This document shows positions 8,591 through 18,588 of a stretch of 29,945 nt of DNA, piece after piece (position 1 is the first letter of the stretch; each line of letters opens with the position of its first letter). The notes beneath the pieces were generated by a model. The model had not been told where the DNA came from. It saw only the letters and a program-made list of their open reading frames with translations, and ran no database searches. A program made the translations under genes and the position numbers. Source of the stretch: Abditibacteriaceae bacterium (GTDB taxonomy: Bacteria > Armatimonadota > Abditibacteriia > Abditibacteriales > Abditibacteriaceae); the NCBI GenBank assembly GCA_031425655.1, contig JANPJS010000262.1, forward strand, positions 1-29,945. Reading direction: 5' to 3'.

Positions 8591-11500
8591 TAGTCGTCCT
8601 CCCCGCCGAGGGCTTCTTCCAGCACGCCCATGAATTGCCGCAGGTCGAGCGGCTTGGTCAGATAGTGCTTCACTCCGGCGGCGTGCAGCTTGTTGATCTG
8701 GCCCGGCATGGCGTCGGCGCTCAGCACCACGACTGGAATGTCGCGCGTCCTCGGCTCGGCGCGCAAGCGGCGCAGCACGACCTCGCCGGAAATGTCCGGC
8801 AGGTGCAAATCGAGCAAAATCATGTCGGGGGCGTGCTGGCGGGCCATGTCCAGACCGATGCTGCCCTGCATGGCCGAGAGTAGCTTGATTTCCGGCTTGT
8901 CGCGGAGGATTCTCTCGATCACCTTGAGATTCAACAGGTTGTCCTCGATGTAAAGCACGGTGCGCGAGGTCGCTATGGCGAGAGTCGCTAACGGGCCGTC
9001 AACTGCCGCGCCGTCGTCGTTCATGCGCTCGAATTGGGCGTCCTGACTTTCCGTGAGCGGCAATTCCACCCAGAAAACGCTGCCTTCGCCGGGCACGCTG
9101 TTCACGCCGATGCGGCCTTCCATCGCCTCGACCAGCCTTTTACAGAGCGCCAGACCGATTCCGGTGCCTTCGACGCGCGAATTGGCGGCTCCGAGGCGCT
9201 CGAAGGGCACGAAAAGCTTGCCGATTTCCGCCAAAGTCAGGCCGGCGCCGGTGTCGCGGATGTTGAGGCGCAGATGGCCGTCATCCACCGCCTCGCAGGA
9301 AATCGTCACCCGTCCGGCGTCGCGGTTGTATTTGATGGCGTTGGAGAGCAAATTCAGCAAAACCTGCTGGAAGCGTTGCTGATCGGCCAGAGCGTGCCTG
9401 TCGGTTTCATTGCACTCGTTGACGATCTGAATCCGGCGCTCCGCCGCCAGAGGCCGCACAATGTCCAGCACCTCGCGGATGGTCATGGCAACGGGAATTG
9501 GCTCCGGCGACAGCGAAAGGCCGCCCGCTTCGATGCGCGCGATGTCCAGCACCTCGTTGATGAGGTTCAGCAAATGCCGCCTGGATTTGAGAATGTGGCG
9601 TATCGCTTCGCTGTCCTGCTCTTCGAGCGGCGCCAACTCCAAAATCTGGCCGAAGCCGAGAATCGAGTTGAGAGGCGTGCGCAATTCGTGGCTCATGCGC
9701 GAGAGAAATTCGCTTTTGGCGCGGTTGGCGCTGTCGGCTTCCTCTTTGGCCTGCACCAATTGGGCGGTGCGCTCCTTGACGCGGAGTTCCAACTGGTCAT
9801 TCATTATTTGGAGCGCATCTTCGGTTCGCTTGCGCTTGATGCCCAGCGCGATTTCGTGGGCCACCGTGCCCAAAGTATTGAAGGTCAGCTCCGAAAACGG
9901 GCGGGTCGAAAACAGGGAAATTACACCCACCAGGCGGTCGTCCACCAGCAATGGATAACCGGCGAAGGCGACCATGCCCTGAGCAGTCGCCCAGTCTCCA
10001 TCTCCAAATTGCCGGTCGGCATTCATGTCGTTGGAAAGTAGCGCGGTGCAGGTTTCGGCGATGGTGCCAACCCTGAACTGCCCCTTCTTGATACGACTTT
10101 GCAGGCCGCCGAGCGACGAATCCCTTCCCACACTGGCTTGCAACTCCAGCACGTTCTCGGCTTCATTCAGCGTCCAAATGTGAGCGATGGCAATGTCGAG
10201 ATGATGCACCAGCGCCTCAGCGCACAGGTGCAGACTTTCCGGCAAAGCTTCGAGCCGCGTCAGCGCGTTGCCCACGTCGGCGCCCAACGCCGCCAGCCGC
10301 GCCCGCTCTTGCAGCGCCTCTTCGATCTGCTTGCGCTCGGTGATGTCCACCGCCACGCCGGCCAGCAGGCGCTCTCCATTGGCGCCCGTCAGCGGGAATT
10401 TCACGACCAATTCGTGGAGCAGAGAGCCGTCCGGCGCGGGCACGATCTCTTCAAATTGCTGCGATTGGCCGCTGTTTAGCACCTGCAAATCGTTCTGGAG
10501 AAGCTGCCGGGCCGTCTCCTCCGCAAGACGGTCGCCATTCGTCTTACCCCGCAGTTCAGAGACCGGCATTTCGACGAGACGCTTGATGGCTTTATTGAGA
10601 TAAACGTAGCGCCCCGCCTCGTCCTTGATGAACACGAAGGCCGGCGTGTTGTCCATGAAGGCCCGGAAGCGCTCCTCACTGGCGCGCAGCGTCTCTTCCA
10701 CTTCCTTGCGTGCGGTAATGTTCTCGTGGGCCACCACCGCACGGCGCGGCCCTTCGCCGGGAAAGCGTGTGGCGCGCAGCACAAACCAGCGCTGCTCGGT
10801 CGGGCTGTGGCAGGGATATTCCAGCGTGAACTCCTCGTCGTCACCGCACAGCACGGCGCGAATGCCCTCCGCCGCCTTCAGCGCCTCGTCGCGGTCGGGG
10901 CTGGTAGTGCTTTCGCAGACCTCCAAATAATTGATGTGCAACCCGACTCTTGCCCCCAACGCATGGTTGGATTCGGCAAATTGGTGCCACGCCATGTTGA
11001 CGGCGATGATGGCGCCGTCCTCGTCGAGGACGGCGATATGCGCCGATAGCGCGTCCACGGTAGCGCGCAAAAAGCGCTGCGATTCGCGCAATGCCTCTTT
11101 CGCTTCCTTGCGCGCGGCGATGTCTTCGATGACCGCAATGAAACACTTCGGCTCGCCGGACGGCTGGCGCACCAGCGACGCGGTGAGATTGATCCACACG
11201 ATGGCGCCGTCTTTGCGAAAATAGCGCTTCTCCATCGAGTAGGTCTCGATTTCGCCGGCCAGCAGGCGATGCACCTGCGCCAAATCGGACTGCAAATCAT
11301 CCGGGTGGGTAATGTCCTGAAACGTGAGCGGCAATAGCTCTTCGCGGCTGTAGCCCACGATGGCACAAACTTTTTCGTTGACGCGTAGCCAGTGGCCGTC
11401 GAGCGCCACCAGCGCGAGGCCGACGGCGGCCTGCTCGAAAGTAGCGCGGAAGCGCTCTTCGCTCTCGCGCAGCACCTCTTCGTCGCGCTTGTGCTCGCGG

Positions 11501-12447
11501 GCATTGTCGTTCAGCCTGGCCTGCGTTGCCGATAGCCAGCCCAGCACGCTGTTTTCCCGGCCTTCTTTCTGCGCGATGGCGGAAGATAAATCTCCGCCGC
11601 CGATTCTGGCGATCTGCGTTTGAACCTCGTCAAGCGAACCTCCCAGCGTTTCGCTCAACGCCGTATAGGTGCGCCAGAGCATGAACATCAGCCCCAGACC
11701 GATCACGACGAACATATTCCGCAACACTGCGGCATAGGCTTCGGCAGCCTGAACGGACGCGAGCGTGCGTTGGTCAAGCAGCGCCAGAAAGTCGTGAATC
11801 GGCTTCATTACGGAAACCTTGGCCCGATGATACTTGGGGTCGTAGAGCATCCCCAGCGCCTTGGCGCGGTTGGCTGCGTTATTCGGCCCGCCGGCCTCAA
11901 CCAGTTTCATCGCCTCGAATTCCGGGGCGGTCAGCGCATCGGAATTCGTCTTGGCCTTCGCGAGTTCGCGGAATTCCGACTCGGTAAATTCGGCCTGCCG
12001 CATTAACTCCACAAGTGGGATGGTCTGCGCGCTGTTTGGGCGCGGCGCCGGGCCGCCGGACAGCATCAAGTCCCAGTAGGGCCGCCAATAGTTCTCAGGA
12101 CGGGGTTTCTTTCCGTTCCGAATGTCCAAAATGTCCTGAAAACGCTGTTTGTAAAAGGGGTCGCCCGTCGCCACGTAAGTCCTCACCATTCGGGTCAGCT
12201 CGTCTCCCGACTGGCGCAACTCGTCAGCCAGCAGGAAAGACTGATGACGCACCTCATTGGCGCGATGCACTCGCTGTTCAGCCGTGATGTAGAGCGCAAA
12301 GGCAAAGGCAAGCAGCAGCGCCAAACCTGCCGACACCAACAGGTTGCGAGAGAATCGCGTAAGTCTGTTTTTAGAAGTCATGCGCGCTCCGTTCCGGCTC
12401 CCCGTCGGGACGAAGAGGATGGCATTGTTCGGTTTCATGGTCGTCAC
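8590..12447 (-). CDS. Membrane hybrid histidine kinase: 2 TM with extracytoplasmic sensor, 3 PAS, GAF, HisKA, HATPase, REC (start could be 12438 or 12381)
   Basis: FLSRMSHELRTPLN H-box, NLLSNAIKYN, DTGAG, GTGIGL, C-terminal IEDN/LLDLHLP/YLTKP. Confidence 0.95.
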   Translation of the reverse strand: MTTMKPNNAILFVPTGSRNGARMTSKNRLTRFSRNLLVSAGLALLLAFAFALYITAEQRVHRANEVRHQSFLLADELRQSGDELTRMVRTYVATGDPFYKQRFQDILDIRNGKKPRPENYWRPYWDLMLSGGPAPRPNSAQTIPLVELMRQAEFTESEFRELAKAKTNSDALTAPEFEAMKLVEAGGPNNAANRAKALGMLYDPKYHRAKVSVMKPIHDFLALLDQRTLASVQAAEAYAAVLRNMFVVIGLGLMFMLWRTYTALSETLGGSLDEVQTQIARIGGGDLSSAIAQKEGRENSVLGWLSATQARLNDNAREHKRDEEVLRESEERFRATFEQAAVGLALVALDGHWLRVNEKVCAIVGYSREELLPLTFQDITHPDDLQSDLAQVHRLLAGEIETYSMEKRYFRKDGAIVWINLTASLVRQPSGEPKCFIAVIEDIAARKEAKEALRESQRFLRATVDALSAHIAVLDEDGAIIAVNMAWHQFAESNHALGARVGLHINYLEVCESTTSPDRDEALKAAEGIRAVLCGDDEEFTLEYPCHSPTEQRWFVLRATRFPGEGPRRAVVAHENITARKEVEETLRASEERFRAFMDNTPAFVFIKDEAGRYVYLNKAIKRLVEMPVSELRGKTNGDRLAEETARQLLQNDLQVLNSGQSQQFEEIVPAPDGSLLHELVVKFPLTGANGERLLAGVAVDITERKQIEEALQERARLAALGADVGNALTRLEALPESLHLCAEALVHHLDIAIAHIWTLNEAENVLELQASVGRDSSLGGLQSRIKKGQFRVGTIAETCTALLSNDMNADRQFGDGDWATAQGMVAFAGYPLLVDDRLVGVISLFSTRPFSELTFNTLGTVAHEIALGIKRKRTEDALQIMNDQLELRVKERTAQLVQAKEEADSANRAKSEFLSRMSHELRTPLNSILGFGQILELAPLEEQDSEAIRHILKSRRHLLNLINEVLDIARIEAGGLSLSPEPIPVAMTIREVLDIVRPLAAERRIQIVNECNETDRHALADQQRFQQVLLNLLSNAIKYNRDAGRVTISCEAVDDGHLRLNIRDTGAGLTLAEIGKLFVPFERLGAANSRVEGTGIGLALCKRLVEAMEGRIGVNSVPGEGSVFWVELPLTESQDAQFERMNDDGAAVDGPLATLAIATSRTVLYIEDNLLNLKVIERILRDKPEIKLLSAMQGSIGLDMARQHAPDMILLDLHLPDISGEVVLRRLRAEPRTRDIPVVVLSADAMPGQINKLHAAGVKHYLTKPLDLRQFMGVLEEALGGEDD

Positions 12448-12450
12448 GGT

Positions 12451-12843
12451 TTAAGACTCGGCAAATGCAGCTTCCCCCGACAGCGTGGCAAACAGCGCCG
12501 GCAGTTGCGTGTCGCACTCCCGTTTGGGGATGTAGCCATCGGCCCCGGCTTCGGTGGCGGCCCGGCGATAATACAGGTTGTTGTGCAGCGTCAGAATGAC
12601 CACGAGCGGCGCGTCCGGCTGCGCTTTAAGGCGTCGCGTCGCTTCCAGGCCATCCATGCCCGGCATGGTTAAATCCATCAGCACGAGATCGGGGCGCTGG
12701 CTCGCCACCTGCTCCAGCGCCTCATGGCCCGACCTCGCCTGCCCGACGATCTCCACGCCACGCTCCGCGTCCAGCAAACTGGTGATGACGGAGAGAAAAA
12801 ACGGGCTATCGTCTACAAGAAGAATCCGCATTGGCGTGTTCAC
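12451..12843 (-). CDS. Stand-alone response regulator receiver (NarL-like REC without an output domain)
   Basis: ILLVDD, VLMDLTMPGMDG, VILT, GYIPK. Confidence 0.9.
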   Translation of the reverse strand: MNTPMRILLVDDSPFFLSVITSLLDAERGVEIVGQARSGHEALEQVASQRPDLVLMDLTMPGMDGLEATRRLKAQPDAPLVVILTLHNNLYYRRAATEAGADGYIPKRECDTQLPALFATLSGEAAFAES

Positions 12844-12982
12844 TTTCTATTTCATAGTGTCGTGAAGCGCGCCACCCGTTCGCATCCGTAAACCTACGCG
12901 ATTTTCGGGGTCAGGTGGGGGGCTTTCCGGTAGGGTTTTTGAAAAAGAGGCTGAAAAACGTGAGAGTAAGCGGCAAAAAGTG

Positions 12983-13243
12983 AGAATTTGTCATTCTGAG
13001 CTTGCGAAGAATCTATTAACCCAAGTTGCTACCTATCGAGTTCCCCGATTGAGATCGGGGTCTAAGGCTACGAAGTCCGCCTGCGCGGACTCTTTTTAAC
13101 CGGCGCAGGCCGGTTTCGTAACGGTAGACCCCGATTTCAATCGGGGGCAAAGTAGGTAGCAACTTGGGTTATTAATGGTCCCGTTTGCTTTTATCGAACG
13201 GGCCGCAAAATAGATTCTTCGCAAGCTCAGAATGACAAATTCT
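12983..13243. repeat. REP-like element with perfect 35-bp inverted arms (AGAATTTGTCATTCTGAGCTTGCGAAGAATCTATT)
   Basis: 12983-13017 is the exact reverse complement of 13209-13243. Confidence 0.92.
13019..13169. mobile_element. MITE (151 bp) with 17-bp TIR ACCCAAGTTGCTACCTA and 5-bp flanking direct repeat TATTA, with internal REP-like palindromes
   Basis: TIRs 13019-13035 / 13153-13169; TATTA at 13014-13018 and 13170-13174; internal CCCCGATT..AATCGGGG-type hairpins. Confidence 0.85.
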
Positions 13244-13319
13244 TCTGTTTCTCTCCGATTCTGAGGCTACTTTTCCAAAAAACCATACCGGAAAGGGTTG
13301 GGGGTGAGGGGTTTTGCCT

Positions 13320-13976
13320 TCAGCTATCGAGCGAGATGATGCCCCGGCGCAGGGCGTAGCGAACGAGGTCGGTTTGCGACTGCAAGCCCAGTTTGTGCAT
13401 CAGGTTGGCGCGGTGCGTTTCGACGGTGCGCGGGCTGATGAAAAGGCGTTCGGCGATGTCGGCGCTGCTGCAGCCTTCGGCGCCGAGGTGCAGCACTTCC
13501 TGCTCGCGGTCGGTCAGCGTCTCGAATGGGTCTGGCGGGGTATTCTGGTTTTTTTGAGCGTAGATTTCGAGGGCGCGCTCCGAGAGAGGCGCGCTGAGAT
13601 AGCGCCCTCCGCAGGCCGCTGCGCGCACCGCGCATACCAATTCGTCGGCGCTGGCGTCCTTTAGAACGTAGGCGACCGCTCCGTGCTGGAACGCTTGATG
13701 CACGTAAGACTCGTCGTGGTGCATCGAAAGAATGACGACGTGCGTCGCCGAAAAATGCCTGGCGACCTGACGCAGCACGGCGATGCCGTTTAAATGAGGC
13801 ATCAGCAAGTCCAGCACCAGCACTTTCGGTTTGAGACGCTCAACCGCTGCAAGCGCCATCAGGCCGTCGCTGGCCTCGCCGAGGACGCGAAAATCCGCCT
13901 CGGCTTCCAGCACAGCCCGCAAGCCCTGACGGACGATGGGATGGTCGTCGGCCAACACGATTGTTATCACGCTCAT
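13320..13976 (-). CDS. NarL/LuxR-family response regulator
   Basis: LADDHPIVRQG, VLDLLMP, YVLK; LuxR HTH LTDREQEVL...IAERLFISPRTVETHRANLMHKL. Confidence 0.97.
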   Translation of the reverse strand: MSVITIVLADDHPIVRQGLRAVLEAEADFRVLGEASDGLMALAAVERLKPKVLVLDLLMPHLNGIAVLRQVARHFSATHVVILSMHHDESYVHQAFQHGAVAYVLKDASADELVCAVRAAACGGRYLSAPLSERALEIYAQKNQNTPPDPFETLTDREQEVLHLGAEGCSSADIAERLFISPRTVETHRANLMHKLGLQSQTDLVRYALRRGIISLDS

Positions 13977-16900
13977 CGCGCCCGTCCCCTTCTTTCAAGC
14001 GAATCGGCCAGGGGCAATTCGACTAAAATGCGCGTGCCCTGCCCCGGCGCCGTCTGAAGCGTCAGATTCCCTTCCAGAAGCAAGGCGCGCTCGCGCATTC
14101 CGATCAGGCCGCTGGAAGTCGTGGGCGGCATCGCTTCCGCGTCGAAGCCGGCGCCCCGGTCTTCGATTTCCAAAGCGAGAGTATGGCTAACCGCCCGCAG
14201 CCGCACCTGTATTTCGCTTGCGCCGGCGTGGCGGGCGACGTTGGTCAGCGCCTCCTGCACGATGCGATAGGCCGCCGTTTCGATTTGCAGCCCGAAGCGG
14301 CGCTCCAAACCGCTGTGCTTGAAATCTACCTGCACCCCGGTTTGCGCTTGATAGCGCTCGAAATGCCAGAGCAGCGCCGGCAACAGACCGAGATCGTCCA
14401 GCATCGCCGGGCGCAGCTTGAGCGACAGTTCCCGCACCTGCGCCATCAACTCGTTGACCAGCGACAGAGCATCGCCCAGCCGGGCCGTGTCCGGCGCGCG
14501 GCGCGCACTCATTTCCAGCATGAGCTTGAGGCCGGTGAGAATCTGGCCAATCTCGTCGTGCAACTCGCGCGCGAGGGTGCGGCGCTCGATTTCCTGCACT
14601 TCCACCAGTTGCCGCGAGAGCGCCTGCAACTGCCGGGCGGAAGCCTCCAGCGACGCCTCGGCCTGCTTGCGCTCGGTGATGTCCTGCGCCGTGCCGACCA
14701 TGTGCATGGGACGGCCCCCGGCGTCACGAACCAGCTCACCACGGCCACTGACAAACCGCACCGTGCCATCGGGGCGAACGGCGCGAAATTCAAAATCGGT
14801 CGGTTTTCCCCCGGCGCCGCAGGCTCGCATCCATTCCTGCATCGCCTGCCGGTCTTCAGGATAAACCAGCTCGAAAAACGACTCGACCGTCGGCGAGAAA
14901 GTCTCCGGTGAAACACCGTAAACGCGATACAGTTCGTGGGTCCACTGCACCAGCCCGGACAGGTTCCAACTCCAACTGCCGACGTGGGCGATGCGCTGCG
15001 CTTCGGTCAGGTTTCGTTCGCTCTCGCGCAGCGCCTCTTCGGCCTGCTTGCGCGCGGTGATGTCCACATGGCAGCCCAACATACGAAGTGGCCTGTCCGC
15101 TTGGTCACGAAGAATCTGCGCCCTCGTGTAAATCCAGCGCCACGAGCCGTCTTTGTGGCGCAGACGAAACTCGACCGCATAATCTGCGGTGGGATTCTCG
15201 ATGAAGCGTTGCAACTTCGCCAGCGTCGGCGCGAGATCGTCGGGATGGACGCGGCTTTCCCATTCGTCAAAGCGGTTCGGGAATTCGTCCTCGGCATAAC
15301 CGAGTTGCGCCTTCCATTCCGGCGAGAAAAACACTTCGTTGGTGATGAGGTTCCAATCCCACAGTCCGATGTTCGACGCGGCGACGGACAGGCGCAGCCG
15401 CGCCTCGGATTCGCGCAGCGCGATTTCGGCCTGCTTGCGGTCGGAAATGTCCACGCAGAATTCCACGCAGGTGTTGTCGTCGACCGCACTGCCGGCAAAG
15501 ACGAACCACTGCCGCGTCCCGTCCTTGCGCAAATATTCCTTCTCGTATGGACCGACGCGCCCGCTCTCCTGAAATTTCCGTAATTCCGCACGGCTCGCCT
15601 CCATGTATTCCGGCGGAGTGAGCATTTGCCAGGTTAGTTCGCGCGCTTCCACTTCGCTGCGGCTGTAGCCCATGACATCGAGGAACGTGGTGTTGGCGTC
15701 CGTCATGCAGCCCGACTCCAAGTCCCAGAACATCACGCCGACCGTCTCTACCTCCAGCACCTTCTTCAGGCGATTATGGCTCTCGCGCAGCGCCTCTTCG
15801 CCCTGTTTGCGCTCGGTGATGACCATCGCGGAAGGAACGAGGAAGACGATCTGGCCTGACTCGTCGCGCAGCGGTTGCAGGGTGAAATCAATCCAGATGA
15901 GCACGCCTTCCGCCGCGCGGATCTGCACATCGTAACGCGACGGCGTGCCGGCCACCGCCAGCGCAACGGCTGCACGGAGCTGCTGTTGGACTGTCCCGGA
16001 ATACGCCCACCAGTAGGTTTCCTCGAACGGCTGGCCGAGCACGTCCTCCGGCCGCAGCCCGGCGGCGGTGAGTGCCGGCGTGTTCGCCTCGATGAGCACG
16101 CCGTCCGGCGTCATCAGCCCGACGAACATGTAAGGCCCCAAGCCATCCATGACCTTGCGCAGATGCTCCTCGCTCTCCCGCAGCGCCACTTCCGCCTGCT
16201 TGCTCACGGTGATGTCGCGCGAGATGCCGATGATGCCGATGAGCGCGCCGGCCGGGTCCCGCCAGGGCGTCTTGTTGGCCAGGAAATAGCGCGTTCCGCC
16301 CGGCAACACCGCCTGTTCCTCCTGCAAGACCCTCTGCCCGGACGCGATGACCTCTTCGTCGGTCTGGCGGAAGCGCTGCGCCACCTCCGAAGGGAGGAGT
16401 TCCTCGTCGGTCCGCCCGATCACCTCGGCCACGGCCTTGCCCAGCGCCTGCGCGCCGGCGCTGTTGATGATCTGGTAACGACCCGCGAGGTCCTTGGCGA
16501 AGATGGCGTCACTCGTGCCCTCGACCACGGCGGAGAGCAACAAGTGCTGCCGCTGGAGCGCAGTCACCGCATGATGGCGGCTGATGGCCACCGCCGCGAG
16601 GTGCGTGGCCAGCTCAATACAACGCCGATGCAGCGCGGTCGGCAGGCCCGGTTCACGATAGTAAATGGCGAAGGTGCCCAGCACTTGCTGCTGCTCGTCG
16701 AAGATGGGCGTTGACCAGCAGGCGCGCAAGCCGTGGGCCAGTGCCAGTTCGCGGTAATCGGCCCACAGCGGGTCGGTGGCGATGTCCTCGACGATGACAG
16801 GCTCACGCCGAAACGCCGCCGTGCCGCACGAGCCGGAGCTTGGCCCGATGGGTTCGCCGTCAACGGCGCGGTTGAACGCCTCCGGCAGACTCGGCGCGGC

Positions 16901-17815
16901 AGCGTGCCGCACGCGCCGTCCGTCTGCATCGAGCAACAGCACCGAGGTTAGCATCCCCGTCGCAAACTTCTCGATGAGTCGGAGCATGGTGTCCAGCGTT
17001 TCGGTCAAGGCCGCGCCGGTGGCGATCATTTCGAGCACCCGCGTCTGGCAGAAGAGGATCGCCTCCGCATGTTTGCGCTCGGTGATGTCGCGGACGCTGG
17101 ACAAGACGAGTGTTTGTCCGCCCATATCGAACGGTTTCGCGCTGATCTCGACCGAGAATTCCGAGTCGTCCTTACGCCGGTGCCGCCACTCAAACGCCCC
17201 GCCCGTGGCCAACGCTTCCTTCACTCGTGTCGCTGCCTGTTCCCGCAAGTCCGGCGCGGCCAGGTCTTGCGGCGACATCTGGAGCAGTTCTGCCCGGCTG
17301 TAGCCATAGCGTTGCGCGGCGGTCTCGTTGCAGTCGAGGAAACGACCCGTGCTGTCCAACACGAACAAGGCATCCGGGCTGGCGGCGAACAACTGGGAAT
17401 AGCGCATCTCGCTCTCGCCCAACTCCTCCTCCGCCTGCTTGCGCGCGGTGATGTCGCGCAGAAACGACAAATGAATGCCCGGCAACATGTTGGCGACGGC
17501 GCGAAATTCGACTTCGCGCAGCGTGCCGTCCCGACGCAGAAGCGCCCATTCGCCGCTGATCTGCCCGTCGGCGATAAAAGTGCGCCATAGTTTCAGAGTT
17601 TCTTCGTGCGGCGCCGCCACGATGTCCCACACCTTCGAATTCAATAACTCGTCCCGACTGTAGCCGAGAAGCTCGCAGGCGGCGGGGTTGGCATCCACGA
17701 AAGCGGCCTCGTCGTCGGCCAGCAGAATAGCATCCCAGGCATTGTCGAATATCGCCTGCAATCGCAGACGGCTTTCGTCCAGAGCCACTTTCGCATTATC
17801 GTCTTTAGTTTTCAT
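13973..17815 (-). CDS. Cytoplasmic multi-PAS (about 7) plus GAF histidine kinase, HisKA_3 (NarX/UhpB type)
   Basis: ERRTLARELHDEIGQ H-box, QEALTNVARHA, DRGAGFD, GLIGMRER. Start placed at ATG 17815 (MKTKDD, purine-rich RBS) because the longer ORF begins inside a MITE. Confidence 0.93.
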   Translation of the reverse strand: MKTKDDNAKVALDESRLRLQAIFDNAWDAILLADDEAAFVDANPAACELLGYSRDELLNSKVWDIVAAPHEETLKLWRTFIADGQISGEWALLRRDGTLREVEFRAVANMLPGIHLSFLRDITARKQAEEELGESEMRYSQLFAASPDALFVLDSTGRFLDCNETAAQRYGYSRAELLQMSPQDLAAPDLREQAATRVKEALATGGAFEWRHRRKDDSEFSVEISAKPFDMGGQTLVLSSVRDITERKHAEAILFCQTRVLEMIATGAALTETLDTMLRLIEKFATGMLTSVLLLDADGRRVRHAAAPSLPEAFNRAVDGEPIGPSSGSCGTAAFRREPVIVEDIATDPLWADYRELALAHGLRACWSTPIFDEQQQVLGTFAIYYREPGLPTALHRRCIELATHLAAVAISRHHAVTALQRQHLLLSAVVEGTSDAIFAKDLAGRYQIINSAGAQALGKAVAEVIGRTDEELLPSEVAQRFRQTDEEVIASGQRVLQEEQAVLPGGTRYFLANKTPWRDPAGALIGIIGISRDITVSKQAEVALRESEEHLRKVMDGLGPYMFVGLMTPDGVLIEANTPALTAAGLRPEDVLGQPFEETYWWAYSGTVQQQLRAAVALAVAGTPSRYDVQIRAAEGVLIWIDFTLQPLRDESGQIVFLVPSAMVITERKQGEEALRESHNRLKKVLEVETVGVMFWDLESGCMTDANTTFLDVMGYSRSEVEARELTWQMLTPPEYMEASRAELRKFQESGRVGPYEKEYLRKDGTRQWFVFAGSAVDDNTCVEFCVDISDRKQAEIALRESEARLRLSVAASNIGLWDWNLITNEVFFSPEWKAQLGYAEDEFPNRFDEWESRVHPDDLAPTLAKLQRFIENPTADYAVEFRLRHKDGSWRWIYTRAQILRDQADRPLRMLGCHVDITARKQAEEALRESERNLTEAQRIAHVGSWSWNLSGLVQWTHELYRVYGVSPETFSPTVESFFELVYPEDRQAMQEWMRACGAGGKPTDFEFRAVRPDGTVRFVSGRGELVRDAGGRPMHMVGTAQDITERKQAEASLEASARQLQALSRQLVEVQEIERRTLARELHDEIGQILTGLKLMLEMSARRAPDTARLGDALSLVNELMAQVRELSLKLRPAMLDDLGLLPALLWHFERYQAQTGVQVDFKHSGLERRFGLQIETAAYRIVQEALTNVARHAGASEIQVRLRAVSHTLALEIEDRGAGFDAEAMPPTTSSGLIGMRERALLLEGNLTLQTAPGQGTRILVELPLADSLERRGRAR

Positions 17816-17913
17816 AATGCCCTTTCCTACCGGCGCAGCGAGATCGTTATGCCGATAAAGTGTAATATGCGCCGTCGCCGCGCACGAATTTTTCGCGCCG
17901 CCACGGCCTCTAA

Positions 17914-18055
17914 GAGCCTGTCTAAAAAGTTCTGCGATGGTATCATTTCGACCGCAGCGGAGCGAAGCATCAGCGCAGCGCAGTGGAGAAATCTTTGCCT
18001 GCCGAAGAAAAAGATTCCTCGACTTCGCTCGGAATGACACTTTTTAGACGGCCTC
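17914..18055. mobile_element. MITE (142 bp), IS5/IS1182-like TIR GAGCCTGTCTAAAAAGT, TAA flanking duplication, internal REP-like arms
   Basis: 17914-17930 versus 18039-18055 (2 mismatches); TAA at 17911-13 and 18056-58; internal AGATTCCTCGACTTCGCTCGGAATGACA resembles the 13209-13243 arm. Confidence 0.8.
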
Positions 18056-18058
18056 TAA

Positions 18059-18588
18059 CCCTGTCCGAATCATTGTTAAGTAGTAACGCGAGAGCAAGGC
18101 AGGCGAAAACCACGAACACCAAGTCTTCTTCTGGTGAACCTGCGGGGATGCGCCACCGTGGCGGCAATATGTGGCGGCGACGCTGCTGCGGAATGAAAAG
18201 TGGGATACCGCTGGGATTCATCATGTCGGCCAGCAAATGCGAGGCGGAGCCGCTTACGAACACAATCCAAGCGCCGATGCCGGTAGTCCCGATGGCCGGT
18301 GCCAGCAGCACGCTGATAATCGCCAGGCCGCGCAGACTGTGTATCCAGCCCCGATGAGGCGACGTTCGGCGGATAGCCTGTGAAAGGAAACCAAAGGGCT
18401 GGAAATCCGCCGTGATAACCGGCAGATGTTGCAGTTTGGAGTCAACGGCGTCCAAATTCAGGCAGGAGTCCCCCAAAAACCGCACTGGCGAGCAAAACCC
18501 CGATACAGGCTTGAATCGTTGCAGGATTGGCAGCTTGGAGCAGCCAGAGGCTATTGAGGGCTATCGCGGAATGCGTGGTCCACCTCAT
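18059..18588 (-). pseudogene. YdjM-like membrane metal-dependent hydrolase, frameshifted
   Basis: ATG 18588 gives MRWTTHSAIALNSLW...FGGLLP; one extra base near 18457 (CCT GAA TTT GGA instead of CCT GAT TTG GAC) shifts into the frame with HRGWIHSL and SHLLAD..NPSG motifs. Confidence 0.85.

Noticed and set aside
7568..17590. Many long plus-strand ORFs (for example 9034-10041, 15875-16714)
   Set aside because: Antisense shadows of GC-rich, well-supported minus-strand genes; no motifs.
13973..17815. Recurrent DNA segments resembling GACATCACCGAGCGCAAGCAGGCCGAG
   Set aside because: Explained by the conserved DITERKQAE linker at the end of each PAS domain.
17816..18040. 75-aa N-terminal extension of the PAS kinase given by the ORF track
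   Set aside because: Begins inside a MITE and has no domain character; a better RBS and ATG are at 17815.
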